DNA of 64,000 nucleotides from a virus. The notes beneath the pieces are model-generated. The model did not search any database and was not told the DNA's origin. It saw only the letters and a list, made by a program, of their open reading frames with translations. The stretch lies in UHGV virus genome UHGV-0171999. One strand, written 5' to 3'. Shown in pieces: positions 49,994 to 58,681 of this stretch; the stretch's first letter is position 1; the number at the start of each line of letters is the position of its first letter. The position numbers and the translations under genes are program-made.

Positions 49994-50020
49994 ACATTCA
50001 TCAACTACTTGGAGGAAATT

Positions 50021-50434
50021 ATGACTCGTATCAATTTAACACTTGTTTCTGAATTGACCGACCAACATCTTATGGCTGAGTATCGTGAATTACCACGCGT
50101 ATTTGGTGTAGTTCGTAAACATGTTCAAAACGGTAAACGTGTAAAGGATTTTAAAATCTCTCCAACATTTATCTTAGGCACAGGTCACGTAACATTCTTT
50201 TACGACAAACTCGAATTTTTACGTTTACGTCAAATCGAGCTAATCACTGAATGCTTGAAACGTGGTTTCAAAATCAAGGACACGACTGTCCAGGATATTT
50301 CCGACATCCCTGCCGAATTTCGTAATAATTATGTCCCGTCCGAAGCGTCCATTGCGATAAGTCAAGCACGCTTAGATGAAAAAATTGCTCAACGTCCTAC
50401 TTGGTACAAATACTATGGTAAATCAATCTACTAA
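50021..50434 (+). CDS. denV: endonuclease V, pyrimidine dimer DNA glycosylase
   Basis: 137 aa from ATG at 50021; [29 protein letters not shown]... as T4 endonuclease V. Confidence 0.9.
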   Translation: MTRINLTLVSELTDQHLMAEYRELPRVFGVVRKHVQNGKRVKDFKISPTFILGTGHVTFFYDKLEFLRLRQIELITECLKRGFKIKDTTVQDISDIPAEFRNNYVPSEASIAISQARLDEKIAQRPTWYKYYGKSIY

Positions 50435-50440
50435 GGAAAA

Positions 50441-50701
50441 ATGAAAATGTATCAAGAATTTATCATTGAAGCAGATGCCAAAGGTCCTAAATTTAAAGTT
50501 AAAGCTTTCATTGGTGATGCGGAAGACTTTGGCTCATTAAAACGTAATGGGTATTTTTTCTTAGGTGGCGATGGTAAAGAAATCAACACCTATGCAAAAC
50601 GTAGTGAAATTGCTTATGTTGTAGCAAGCCCTAAAGTAGATGTTGACGATATTGGATATGATTTTAACAACTTCGGAATTATTTCTGGCGGTAAAGCTTA
50701 A
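50441..50701 (+). CDS. ipII: internal protein II-like (capsid targeting sequence protein)
   Basis: 86 aa; N-terminus MKMYQEFIIEA; position between denV and ipIII. Confidence 0.65.
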   Translation: MKMYQEFIIEADAKGPKFKVKAFIGDAEDFGSLKRNGYFFLGGDGKEINTYAKRSEIAYVVASPKVDVDDIGYDFNNFGIISGGKA

Positions 50702-50704
50702 ATT

Positions 50705-50734
50705 GTTTACGCTTAAGTATTAATATGGTATAAT
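50705..50734 (+). promoter_or_regulatory. T4-type early promoter upstream of ipIII
   Basis: -35 GTTTAC at 50705-50710, 18 nt spacer, -10 TATAAT at 50729-50734. Confidence 0.6.
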
Positions 50735-50764
50735 TACTCTATCAAAACAAACAAGGAAACAAAA

Positions 50765-51343
50765 ATGAAAACGTATAAAGAATTTATCGCCGAGGCCTTT
50801 GCAGGAAAAGCTCAAGGTATTAATAAGGACGAGTGGACTTATCGTGGTGGAAACGGCTTTGACCCTAAAACTGCTCCACTTGAACGATATCTAGCCACAA
50901 AAGCTTCTGATTTTAAAGCCTTCGCTTGGGAAGGACTTCGCTGGCGTAACGATCTAAATATTGAAGTTGACGGACTTAAATTTGCTCATATTGAAGATGT
51001 TGTTGCTAGTAACTTAGACGCAGCTTTTGTTAAAGCCGACAGTGACCTTCGTCGCTGGAATTTAAAACTGTTCTCTAAACAAAAAGGCCCGAAGTTTGTG
51101 CCTAAAGCAGGTAAATGGGTTATTGATAATAAATTAGCTAAGGCTGTCAACTACGCCGGTCTTGAATTTGCCAAGCATAAATCATCATGGAAAGGTCTTG
51201 ATGCAATGGCTTTCCGTAAAGAATTTGCCGATGTTATGGCTAAAGGCGGCTTTAAGGCAGAAATAGATACCTCTAAAGGTACGTTTAAAGACGCTAATGT
51301 TCAGTACGCTTACGCCGTTGCTAATGCGGCCCGTGGTAATTAA
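50765..51343 (+). CDS. ipIII: internal protein III
   Basis: 192 aa; N-terminus MKTYKEFIAEA targeting sequence; basic; position as in T4. Confidence 0.85.
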   Translation: MKTYKEFIAEAFAGKAQGINKDEWTYRGGNGFDPKTAPLERYLATKASDFKAFAWEGLRWRNDLNIEVDGLKFAHIEDVVASNLDAAFVKADSDLRRWNLKLFSKQKGPKFVPKAGKWVIDNKLAKAVNYAGLEFAKHKSSWKGLDAMAFRKEFADVMAKGGFKAEIDTSKGTFKDANVQYAYAVANAARGN

Positions 51344-51520
51344 TAAGGCCTATACTTAGGCCTATTTACATTCAAATAACATGGGAACAAGCTGGACTTC
51401 ATGATTCTGTGAGGGATTCCCGCCAACCTATAATAAGGTCGAGCCCAAGTGCGGTAATGGGTAAATACAGAAATGGACAATTCATGCGCCATGGAATGGC
51501 CCAAATTTAGAGAGAATAAA

Positions 51521-52060
51521 ATGAGAACATTTTTAACTGGTCCTTATCTATCCCTGATGAATGCTTTTACACACCATTCTGATGCTAGAGTAGAAGAAAT
51601 TTGTAAAAACGATTATATCCCACCATTTGAAGACTTACTTAAGCAGTATTGCACACTTCGACTAGATGGTGGACGTCAATCTGGTAAATCAACTGCAGTA
51701 ACTAATTTTGCCGCTAATTGGTTGTATGACGGTGGAACAGTTATTGTTCTTTCTAATACTTCAGCTTACGCTAAAATTTCTGCGGGCCACATTAAAAAAG
51801 AATTTTCTCGTTATTCTAGCGATGATATTCGATTCCGTTTATTTACTGATTCTGTCCGTAGTTTTGTTGGTAATAGAGGTAGCAAGTTCAGAGGTTTATC
51901 GCTTTCTCGAATTTTGTATATAATCGATGAGCCTGTTAAAGCTCCTGATATGGATAAAATTTACGATATTCATATTGAAACTGTGCAACACTGTTGCAAT
52001 AGTAAATGCTGCATTGGTGGTATTACTCGTCCACAGTTTTTCGTAATTGGGATGCAATGA
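51521..52060 (+). CDS. P-loop NTPase-like hypothetical protein (vs.8 position)
   Basis: 179 aa from ATG at 51521; Walker A-like GGRQSGKST; ORF-track start 51473 gives a longer form. Confidence 0.5.
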   Translation: MRTFLTGPYLSLMNAFTHHSDARVEEICKNDYIPPFEDLLKQYCTLRLDGGRQSGKSTAVTNFAANWLYDGGTVIVLSNTSAYAKISAGHIKKEFSRYSSDDIRFRLFTDSVRSFVGNRGSKFRGLSLSRILYIIDEPVKAPDMDKIYDIHIETVQHCCNSKCCIGGITRPQFFVIGMQ

Positions 52061-52386
52061 TGACAGATACGCAACTTTTCGAATATCTTTATTTTTCGCC
52101 AAAAACTATTAAAAATAAATTGGTGAATCATTTTGAAATTTTGGCAAATAACAACGTCTTGAGCGAATTTTATCCTAAGCAATACAAATTACAAAAAGGT
52201 GTATTCAAAGGATGCAGAGTGTTGTGCACCGCTCCTAATGCAAAGTTAATGAATAAAATTCCATATTTTACCATGGAATTTATTGATGGGCCTTTTAAAG
52301 GACTAATTACCCAAAGTTTAATGGCATATGATTCTGAGCCATTTTTAATTAAAGAACAATCTTGGATAAATTTATTTTCTAATTGA
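52057..52386 (+). CDS. hypothetical protein (vs.7 position)
   Basis: 109 aa; ATG overlaps upstream stop. Confidence 0.5.
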   Translation: MMTDTQLFEYLYFSPKTIKNKLVNHFEILANNNVLSEFYPKQYKLQKGVFKGCRVLCTAPNAKLMNKIPYFTMEFIDGPFKGLITQSLMAYDSEPFLIKEQSWINLFSN

Positions 52387-52394
52387 GAGGTTAT

Positions 52395-52757
52395 ATGAAA
52401 GCATATCAAATTCTTGAAGGCACGCATAAAGGTACTATTTATTTTGAAGACGGTATTCAAGCACGAATTATTGTATCTAAAACCTTTAAAGAGGACTCTT
52501 TTGTAGACCCAGAAATTTTCTACGGTTTGCATGCCCGTGAAATTGAAATTGAAACACAACCTACAGTTAAAATTGAGGGTGGTCAACACCTGAACGTTAA
52601 CGTTCTGCGTCGCGAAACTCTGGAAGATGCAGTTAAGCATCCGGAAAAATATCCGCAGCTGACCATCCGTGTATCCGGTTATGCAGTTCGCTTTAACTCT
52701 CTGACTCCGGAACAGCAGCGCGACGTTATTGCTCGTACCTTTACCGAGAGTTTGTAA
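52395..52757 (+). CDS. GrcA/YfiD-like autonomous glycyl radical cofactor protein
   Basis: 120 aa from ATG at 52395 with GAGG RBS; C-terminal glycyl-radical motif [31 protein letters not shown]; 3' half GC-rich with host-like codons. Confidence 0.8.
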   Translation: MKAYQILEGTHKGTIYFEDGIQARIIVSKTFKEDSFVDPEIFYGLHAREIEIETQPTVKIEGGQHLNVNVLRRETLEDAVKHPEKYPQLTIRVSGYAVRFNSLTPEQQRDVIARTFTESL

Positions 52758-52978
52758 TGGCAAAGATAATTATTGAAGGTTCTGAAGATGTGTTAAATGC
52801 TTTCGCCGAATGGTTTAGTAATTCAGGCGAACAACAATTTAACGAAGCGTGGAACATGGGTGATATTAATGGAATTTATCCTACGACAGAAATTTCTGTT
52901 CAAGGATATGGCATTCATGAGCCTATTCGTTTAGTTGAATATGATTTGGGAACAGGTGAGGAAGTAAAATATGATTGA
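52757..52978 (+). CDS. hypothetical protein (vs.5 position)
   Basis: 73 aa ORF, translationally coupled. Confidence 0.5.
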   Translation: MAKIIIEGSEDVLNAFAEWFSNSGEQQFNEAWNMGDINGIYPTTEISVQGYGIHEPIRLVEYDLGTGEEVKYD

Positions 52979-53237
52979 AGATATTAAAGGCTATAAGCCA
53001 CATACTGACGATAAAATCAGTAAAGTGAATGCAATCAAAGACGCTGAAGTTCGTTTAGGACTTATCTTTGATGCTTTATATGATGAATTCTGGGAAGCGC
53101 TAGATAATTGTGAAGACTGTGAATTTGCGAAGAATTATGCTGAAAGTCTTGATCAGTTAACTATTGCTAAAACGAAACTCAAAGAAGCTAGTATGTGGGC
53201 TTGTCGCGCAGTGTTCCAACCAGAGGAAAAATATTAA
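52971..53237 (+). CDS. hypothetical small protein (vs.4 position; Acb2-type sponge candidate by synteny only)
   Basis: 88 aa ORF in the vs.3-vs.8 block. Confidence 0.45.
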   Translation: MIEDIKGYKPHTDDKISKVNAIKDAEVRLGLIFDALYDEFWEALDNCEDCEFAKNYAESLDQLTIAKTKLKEASMWACRAVFQPEEKY

Positions 53238-53515
53238 TGGCTCAATTAAGCGCAGGGTTTGGTTATGAGTATTATACCGCCCCTCGTCGTGTATCTGTTG
53301 CTCCTAAGAAAATTCAAAGTCTTGATGACTTCCAGGAAGTAGTCCGTAAAGCTTTCCAGGACTATGCACGTTATCTTAAAGAAGATTCACAGGACTGTCT
53401 CGAAGAAGATGAAATTGCTTACTATGAGCAACGTCTTGAACAGCTCAAAAACCTACATGAGGTTCGTGCAGAAGTTACAAAGTCTATGAATAAATTGATT
53501 AGATTTAAAGAATAA
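53237..53515 (+). CDS. hypothetical protein (vs.3 position)
   Basis: 92 aa from ATG at 53237; ORF-track start 53195 is upstream in the same frame. Confidence 0.5.
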   Translation: MAQLSAGFGYEYYTAPRRVSVAPKKIQSLDDFQEVVRKAFQDYARYLKEDSQDCLEEDEIAYYEQRLEQLKNLHEVRAEVTKSMNKLIRFKE

Positions 53516-53517
53516 CT

Positions 53518-53547
53518 GTTTACTTTTCCTCTTGACTGTGGTATAAT
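53518..53547 (+). promoter_or_regulatory. T4-type early promoter of regB
   Basis: -35 GTTTAC at 53518-53523, 18 nt spacer, -10 TATAAT at 53542-53547; flanking TCCTCTT/AAGAGGA inverted repeat. Confidence 0.6.
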
Positions 53548-53574
53548 TTTTCTATCAGTTAAGAGGAGAATAAC

Positions 53575-54036
53575 ATGACTATCAACACAGAAGTTTTTAT
53601 CCGTCGAAATAAGCTCCGTCGTCACTTTGAGTCGGAGTTTCGTCAAATTAACAATGAGATTCGTGAGGCATCAAAAGCAGCAGGGGTCTCATCGTTTCAT
53701 CTAAAATATTCTCAACATCTTCTTGATCGTGCAATTCAACGGGAGATTGATGAGACATATGTTTTTGAATTATTCCATAAAATAAAAGACCATGTTTTAG
53801 AAGTTAATGAATTCCTGAGTATGCCTCCGCGTCCTGACATTGACGAGGATTTTATCGATGGGGTTGAATATCGTCCTGGGCGTTTAGAAATCACAGATGG
53901 AAATCTTTGGCTTGGATTTACAGTTTGTAAACCTAACGCGAAGTTCAAAGACCCGTCACTTCAATGTAGGATGGCCATTATCAACAGCCGTCGTTTACCA
54001 GGAAAGGCTTCTAAAGCAGTAATTAAAACTCAATGA
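53575..54036 (+). CDS. regB: RegB site-specific endoribonuclease
   Basis: 153 aa; length and position match T4 RegB. Confidence 0.85.
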   Translation: MTINTEVFIRRNKLRRHFESEFRQINNEIREASKAAGVSSFHLKYSQHLLDRAIQREIDETYVFELFHKIKDHVLEVNEFLSMPPRPDIDEDFIDGVEYRPGRLEITDGNLWLGFTVCKPNAKFKDPSLQCRMAIINSRRLPGKASKAVIKTQ

Positions 54037-54043
54037 GGTAAGC

Positions 54044-54589
54044 ATGAGAAAAGCACTACTCGCTGGTCTATTGGCCATTTCAATGATGGCACATAGCTCC
54101 GAGCATACTTTCAGTAATGTCCAACTCGATAACATGCGTTACGCGTATCAATTCGGGGAACAATTTTCTAAGGATGGAAAATATAAAACACACAAAAATA
54201 TCCATAAAAGCGGATTAGGTCATATAATGGCTGCTATTTTATGGCAAGAAAGCTCTGCCGGAGTTAATTTAAAATCTAAACCGAAGCATCATGCCTACGG
54301 AATGTTCCAAAACTATTTGCCGACCATGCGTGCAAGAGTTAAGGAACTTGGTTATAATATGACCGATGCCGAAATAAAAAGAATGTTGAATAAACGGTCC
54401 AATTCAGCTTCCTGGGCGTACATTGAACTTTCTTATTGGTTAAATATACATAAGGGTGATATAAGAAAGGCAATATCCTCTTATAATTCGGGATGGAATG
54501 TTAAAGCAGGTTCTAAATATGCTTCTGAAGTCCTAGAAAAGGCTAACTACTTTAAAAATAATAAACTACTGGAAATAGTAAATGACTAA
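54044..54589 (+). CDS. secreted lytic transglycosylase-like protein (SLT domain)
   Basis: 181 aa; signal peptide MRKALLAGLLAISMMAHS; SLT motifs AAILWQESSAG, AYGMFQ, YNSGW. Confidence 0.65.
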   Translation: MRKALLAGLLAISMMAHSSEHTFSNVQLDNMRYAYQFGEQFSKDGKYKTHKNIHKSGLGHIMAAILWQESSAGVNLKSKPKHHAYGMFQNYLPTMRARVKELGYNMTDAEIKRMLNKRSNSASWAYIELSYWLNIHKGDIRKAISSYNSGWNVKAGSKYASEVLEKANYFKNNKLLEIVND

Positions 54590-54929
54590 AATTTTGGTTT
54601 TATGTATAGGATTAATTTCATTTTCTGCTTATGCGTCAGCAGATATATCATATTCTGAAGTTAGAGAGTATGTAAACCGTACTGCCGCGGATTATTGTGG
54701 GAAAAATAAAGCATGCCAAGCTGAATTTGCACAGAAATTAATATATGCATATAAAGACGGAGAAAGAGATAAATCAAGCAGATACAAAAACGATACATTA
54801 TTAAAACGATATGCTAAAAAGTGGAATACCTTAGAATGTTCAGTTGCGGAGGAGAAAGATAAAGCCGCTTGTCATTCAATGGTTGACCGTTTGGTAGATT
54901 CTTATAATCGAGGATTGAGTACTAGATGA
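54582..54929 (+). CDS. vs: Vs, valyl-tRNA synthetase modifier-like protein
   Basis: 115 aa with signal-peptide-like N-terminus; position between regB/vs.1 and tk. Confidence 0.6.
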   Translation: MTKILVLCIGLISFSAYASADISYSEVREYVNRTAADYCGKNKACQAEFAQKLIYAYKDGERDKSSRYKNDTLLKRYAKKWNTLECSVAEEKDKAACHSMVDRLVDSYNRGLSTR

Positions 54930-55405
54930 TTGTAAAATATATCAAGGGCGATATTGTCGCCCTATTTCTTCAAGGTAATATTATTGCGCACGGGTGCAAT
55001 TGCTTCCACACAATGGGCTCTGGTGTAGCTGGTCAATTAGCAAGAGCCTATCCCAAAATTTTAGAAATAGATAAGACCACAACTGAATATGGTTCGCGTG
55101 AAAAACTCGGTGATATGTCTATTGTTTTTAGACATAAACCTAATGGTTTTGGTATATGCTATAACCTGTATACACAATACGAACCAGGTCCTAATCTTGA
55201 TTATGGTGCTTTAGTAAACTGCATGATAGAATTAAATCTACAGGCAGAAACCCTTTTGTTTAAACCAGTAATTTACATTCCACGCATAGGTTGTGGTATT
55301 GCTGGCGGTGATTGGGATAAGGTTTCTAAATTAATCGACATGTTTACTCCTGATATTGATTTAATAGTGGTGGATTATGAAAGTACATTACCCACATCCG
55401 TTTGA
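54926..55405 (+). CDS. macrodomain protein (OARD1/TARG1-like ADP-ribose processing fold)
   Basis: 159 aa; motifs IKGDIV, HGCNCFHTMGSGVAGQL, GCGIAGGDW resemble the macro ADP-ribose binding site. Confidence 0.65.
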   Translation: MIVKYIKGDIVALFLQGNIIAHGCNCFHTMGSGVAGQLARAYPKILEIDKTTTEYGSREKLGDMSIVFRHKPNGFGICYNLYTQYEPGPNLDYGALVNCMIELNLQAETLLFKPVIYIPRIGCGIAGGDWDKVSKLIDMFTPDIDLIVVDYESTLPTSV

Positions 55406-55589
55406 TCCTAAAAACAAAGCAGAAATTATTCGTCAATGGGAACGCATTTGCCGTACTAAATGCCCAATTAATAGTCCTCATGATGTAGATAAAGACTATA
55501 TTGGAACATTCGTTGAATATACCTTCATTGATAGGAAAGGTCGTAAACAACATGTAGAAGAATATTGCTTAAAGGTTACATGGTTATGA
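55377..55589 (+). CDS. hypothetical protein
   Basis: 70 aa ORF overlapping the macrodomain gene 3' end. Confidence 0.45.
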   Translation: MKVHYPHPFDPKNKAEIIRQWERICRTKCPINSPHDVDKDYIGTFVEYTFIDRKGRKQHVEEYCLKVTWL

Positions 55590-55792
55590 GCCAAACTAGT
55601 ATTCTTAAAAATGCCCATTGTGAAAAGTGTAAATGGCCTGTTGTTTTTGCTTTATGTAATGATGAAATGGCCTGTGATTTCGACTATTGGTGCTATTGTT
55701 CTAATAAAGGATGCATCAATCATAAAGGTGAAGGATTTTATTCAGGATTTTATCCTTATCCTGATTTCGTTAAAGAAGGTAAACCAAAATGA
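55586..55792 (+). CDS. Cys-rich small protein (putative zinc binding)
   Basis: 68 aa from ATG at 55586; CEKC...C...C.C...C pattern. Confidence 0.5.
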   Translation: MSQTSILKNAHCEKCKWPVVFALCNDEMACDFDYWCYCSNKGCINHKGEGFYSGFYPYPDFVKEGKPK

Positions 55793-55962
55793 ATAATTTT
55801 GAGTTACAATATGAAGTGTTACGTGAGCTTGATAATTTAATTGAACTCGCTGTTAATAAAGGTTTTGCCATTGGAATCGGTCAAAAAGATACTGACCATT
55901 TAACTACGGAAATATTTAAGCAAAAGCGAATTATTTTAAAACTCCTGGAAATTAATATATGA
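55789..55962 (+). CDS. hypothetical small protein (57 aa)
   Basis: ATG overlapping upstream stop; below the ORF-track size cutoff. Confidence 0.4.
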   Translation: MNNFELQYEVLRELDNLIELAVNKGFAIGIGQKDTDHLTTEIFKQKRIILKLLEINI

Positions 55963-56144
55963 GTCTAAGTAAAGAACAAAAAGATAAATTGTTTGAGCTT
56001 ATCCATGAACTTCTAGATGAGCATGCAGAAGCAAACACCTTTTATGATGAATACGGCCCGCTATCTCCCGAACAACAAGAAGAATTTGCTGACCGGTTTG
56101 ATAAGAAAGAAAACGAATTAATAGCTTATGTGAATACGCTTTAA
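55959..56144 (+). CDS. hypothetical acidic protein
   Basis: 61 aa ORF just upstream of tk. Confidence 0.5.
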   Translation: MSLSKEQKDKLFELIHELLDEHAEANTFYDEYGPLSPEQQEEFADRFDKKENELIAYVNTL

Positions 56145-56153
56145 GAAGGTGAT

Positions 56154-56735
56154 ATGGCGAGTTTAATTTTTACTTATGCAGCAATGAATGCTGGAAAATC
56201 TGCTTCTCTTTTGACTGCCGCACATAATTATAAAGAACGTGGGATGAGTGTATTAGTTCTTAAGCCTGCTATTGATACTCGCGATTCTGTCTGTGAAGTC
56301 GTTTCTCGCATTGGAATTAAGCAGGAAGCGAATATTATTACGGATGATATGGATATTTTTGAGTTCTATAAATGGGCTGAAGCACAAAAAGATATTCATT
56401 GCGTATTTGTAGATGAAGCTCAATTTTTAAAAACTGAACAGGTGCATCAATTAAGCCGAATTGTTGATACATATAATGTTCCTGTTATGGCTTATGGTCT
56501 AAGGACTGATTTCGCTGGAAAATTATTTGAAGGTTCTAAAGAACTTTTGGCGATTGCAGATAAACTTATTGAACTGAAGGCAGTTTGTCATTGCGGCAAA
56601 AAAGCGATTATGACAGCTCGATTAATGGAAGATGGAACACCAGTTAAAGAAGGTAATCAAATCTGTATTGGTGATGAAATTTATGTTTCTTTGTGTAGAA
56701 AACATTGGAACGAATTAACTAAAAAGCTCGGTTAG
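56154..56735 (+). CDS. tk: thymidine kinase
   Basis: 193 aa; P-loop AAMNAGKSASLL; C-terminal zinc ribbon CHCGKKA...C; length matches T4 Tk. Confidence 0.9.
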   Translation: MASLIFTYAAMNAGKSASLLTAAHNYKERGMSVLVLKPAIDTRDSVCEVVSRIGIKQEANIITDDMDIFEFYKWAEAQKDIHCVFVDEAQFLKTEQVHQLSRIVDTYNVPVMAYGLRTDFAGKLFEGSKELLAIADKLIELKAVCHCGKKAIMTARLMEDGTPVKEGNQICIGDEIYVSLCRKHWNELTKKLG

Positions 56736-56744
56736 TGCAAAAGT

Positions 56745-56752
56745 TATAAATA
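56745..56752 (+). promoter_or_regulatory. late promoter core TATAAATA upstream of the rI cluster
   Basis: TATAAATA 26 nt upstream of the ATG at 56778. Confidence 0.5.
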
Positions 56753-56777
56753 GGTTTATCTAACTAAAGGGGTATAT

Positions 56778-56990
56778 ATGCTACAATTAACTGAAAAGCA
56801 ACTTCGCAATCTTACTGTTCTTCAATTAGATGAAATTCGTAGGGAAGTTGGAAATATCATTTCAGCTTTGCGTCGAGAAGTATCACTCAACCAATCTCCA
56901 GCAGACTATACTAGATTGCGAAATTTTGAAAAATACCTTGATAAAGTTAAGGCCGTGCACCGGCACAAAGTAAATACAGGACAAAAATGA
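56778..56990 (+). CDS. rI.1-like hypothetical protein
   Basis: 70 aa ORF immediately upstream of rI. Confidence 0.5.
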
Positions 56991-57002
56991 TAGGAGGCCT
57001 TT

Positions 57003-57296
57003 ATGGCCTTAAAAGCAGCGGCACTATTCGCCATGCTAGGATTAGCGTTTGTTTTATCTCCACCGATTGAAGCGAACGTCGATCCTCATTTTGATAAATT
57101 TATGGAATCTGGTATTAGACATGTTTATATGCTTTTTGAAAATAAAAGCGTAGAATCATCTGAACAGTTCTATAGTTTTATGCGAACGACTTATAAAAAT
57201 GACCCGTGCTCTTCCGATTTTGAATGTATAGAGCGAGGCGCGGAGATGGCACAATCATACGCTAGAATTATGAACATTAAATTGGAGACTGAATGA
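57003..57296 (+). CDS. rI: RI lysis inhibition regulator
   Basis: 97 aa; N-terminal signal-anchor MALKAAALFAMLGLAFVLSPP; length matches T4 RI. Confidence 0.85.
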   Translation: MALKAAALFAMLGLAFVLSPPIEANVDPHFDKFMESGIRHVYMLFENKSVESSEQFYSFMRTTYKNDPCSSDFECIERGAEMAQSYARIMNIKLETE

Positions 57297-57679
57297 AATT
57301 CAGCGACTTTTCACAAAGTGGAAAACCTTCAAAGGCAGATGAATACTTAGGTTTATTAATGGCTGCACAAGCTTATTTTCATTCTGCGCATTTTGAAACT
57401 AAAAGTTATGCTAGACACAAAGCATACGATTTTATTTTCTCTGAGTTGCCAGATTTGATTGATAAATTTGGTGAGCAATATTTGGGGTATTCTGGTAGAA
57501 AATACACACCTTCAATTCCAGATGCCAGTAAACTTCCTACCGACACAATTAAAATGATTGATCGTATACTAGACCAATCTAACAGCATTTATAAAGAAAT
57601 GCCTCCAGCCATTCAAAGCACGATAGATGATATTACTGGAATGTTTTACCAGAGTAAGTATCTTCTTTCCCTCGAATAA
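57293..57679 (+). CDS. rI.-1-like hypothetical protein
   Basis: 128 aa; start overlaps rI stop. Confidence 0.55.
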   Translation: MKFSDFSQSGKPSKADEYLGLLMAAQAYFHSAHFETKSYARHKAYDFIFSELPDLIDKFGEQYLGYSGRKYTPSIPDASKLPTDTIKMIDRILDQSNSIYKEMPPAIQSTIDDITGMFYQSKYLLSLE

Positions 57680-57684
57680 CATTA

Positions 57685-57706
57685 GTCTCCTTCGGGAGAC
57701 TTTTTT
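57685..57706 (+). terminator. rho-independent terminator
   Basis: GTCTCC-TTCG-GGAGAC hairpin followed by TTTTTT. Confidence 0.7.
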
Positions 57707-57716
57707 CATTTTACCG

Positions 57717-57746
57717 GTTTACTTTCCATTTGAGCTGTGATACTAT
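57717..57746 (+). promoter_or_regulatory. T4-type early promoter
   Basis: -35 GTTTAC at 57717-57722, 18 nt spacer, -10 TACTAT at 57741-57746. Confidence 0.6.
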
Positions 57747-57774
57747 ACAACCATCGGATAAAGAGGAGAACATC

Positions 57775-57963
57775 ATGAAAATTGAAGCACTTAATCAAGA
57801 AGGAAATATCTACGTCATCATTAATGGTGATTTTTTCGTCGACATGGATGAAGTTACTAGTGAAGAACTTGTAGAACTTCTTAAGAAACGTTATGATATG
57901 TGTGATGAAGCTGCAACTCACATGGCGTGTGCAATATTCTCTCTTTCATATGTGGTGGAATAA
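57775..57963 (+). CDS. hypothetical small protein
   Basis: 62 aa from ATG at 57775 with AGAGGAG RBS; ORF-track start 57730 is TTG. Confidence 0.55.
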   Translation: MKIEALNQEGNIYVIINGDFFVDMDEVTSEELVELLKKRYDMCDEAATHMACAIFSLSYVVE

Positions 57964-58166
57964 TGATTAGTATCGAACAAGCAGATAAAATTAAAGAATT
58001 GGTAGCTTTAATTCGCAAAGCAGATGAGGAACTTAGTGACTTTGCTTGGTTTTCGGCAGGCATTGCAAATAAAGGCGCTGAAGAACTTGAAGCTAAAGTT
58101 GATAATGCTGTAGAAGCTTTAGATATGTTTCTTGATGAAATTATCGATCATAATACGAGAGTTTAA
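57963..58166 (+). CDS. hypothetical small acidic protein
   Basis: 67 aa from ATG at 57963 overlapping upstream stop (TAATG). Confidence 0.5.
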   Translation: MISIEQADKIKELVALIRKADEELSDFAWFSAGIANKGAEELEAKVDNAVEALDMFLDEIIDHNTRV

Positions 58167-58168
58167 GT

Positions 58169-58516
58169 ATGCTGACACGCGAACAGTTTGAAAAAATCAT
58201 TAAATTAGTACGTGATGTTGAAATAGATTCATATCAATTAGCAGTTGAGCATTGTGAAGGATACTCATACGATGGTATAGAAGCAGCTAAAAAGGATTTG
58301 GATAAATCCAAAGCTAAGTTAGTTCAATATCTTGAAATGATTAGGTGGACTGAAAAGCAGATGTTTTTAATGAAGCTAATTGAAGAATATGCTAATGCAG
58401 TTTCTGACTATGAGTATTCTGCTCGAGAAAGAGGTACAGCTTTCGCAAAGGAAGAAATGAAAATCATGGTTGATGCTCACACAAAGCTTCAGAATTTTAT
58501 TGAAAACGTCATTTAA
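58169..58516 (+). CDS. hypothetical protein
   Basis: 115 aa ORF with ATG. Confidence 0.55.
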   Translation: MLTREQFEKIIKLVRDVEIDSYQLAVEHCEGYSYDGIEAAKKDLDKSKAKLVQYLEMIRWTEKQMFLMKLIEEYANAVSDYEYSARERGTAFAKEEMKIMVDAHTKLQNFIENVI

Positions 58517-58518
58517 TG

Positions 58519-58549
58519 GTTTACAAGTTGGCAAGGTTATGGTATAGTA
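58519..58549 (+). promoter_or_regulatory. T4-type early promoter
   Basis: -35 GTTTAC at 58519-58524, 19 nt spacer, -10 TATAGT at 58544-58549. Confidence 0.5.
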
Positions 58550-58576
58550 ATCTTGTCAACTGCCAAGGAGAAGAGA

Positions 58577-58681
58577 ATGAAAGTTTTGTTTGTTGTGTAT
58601 GTGATGATTCAATATTATCACCCGATGTTTACTTATAATCTGGTGAACAACATTATTGATATTATTCAAAGGAGTATGTAA
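58577..58681 (+). CDS. 34-aa hydrophobic micro-ORF
   Basis: Strong AAGGAG RBS; MKVLFVVYVMIQYYHPMFTYNLVNNIIDIIQRSM. Confidence 0.3.
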   Translation: MKVLFVVYVMIQYYHPMFTYNLVNNIIDIIQRSM

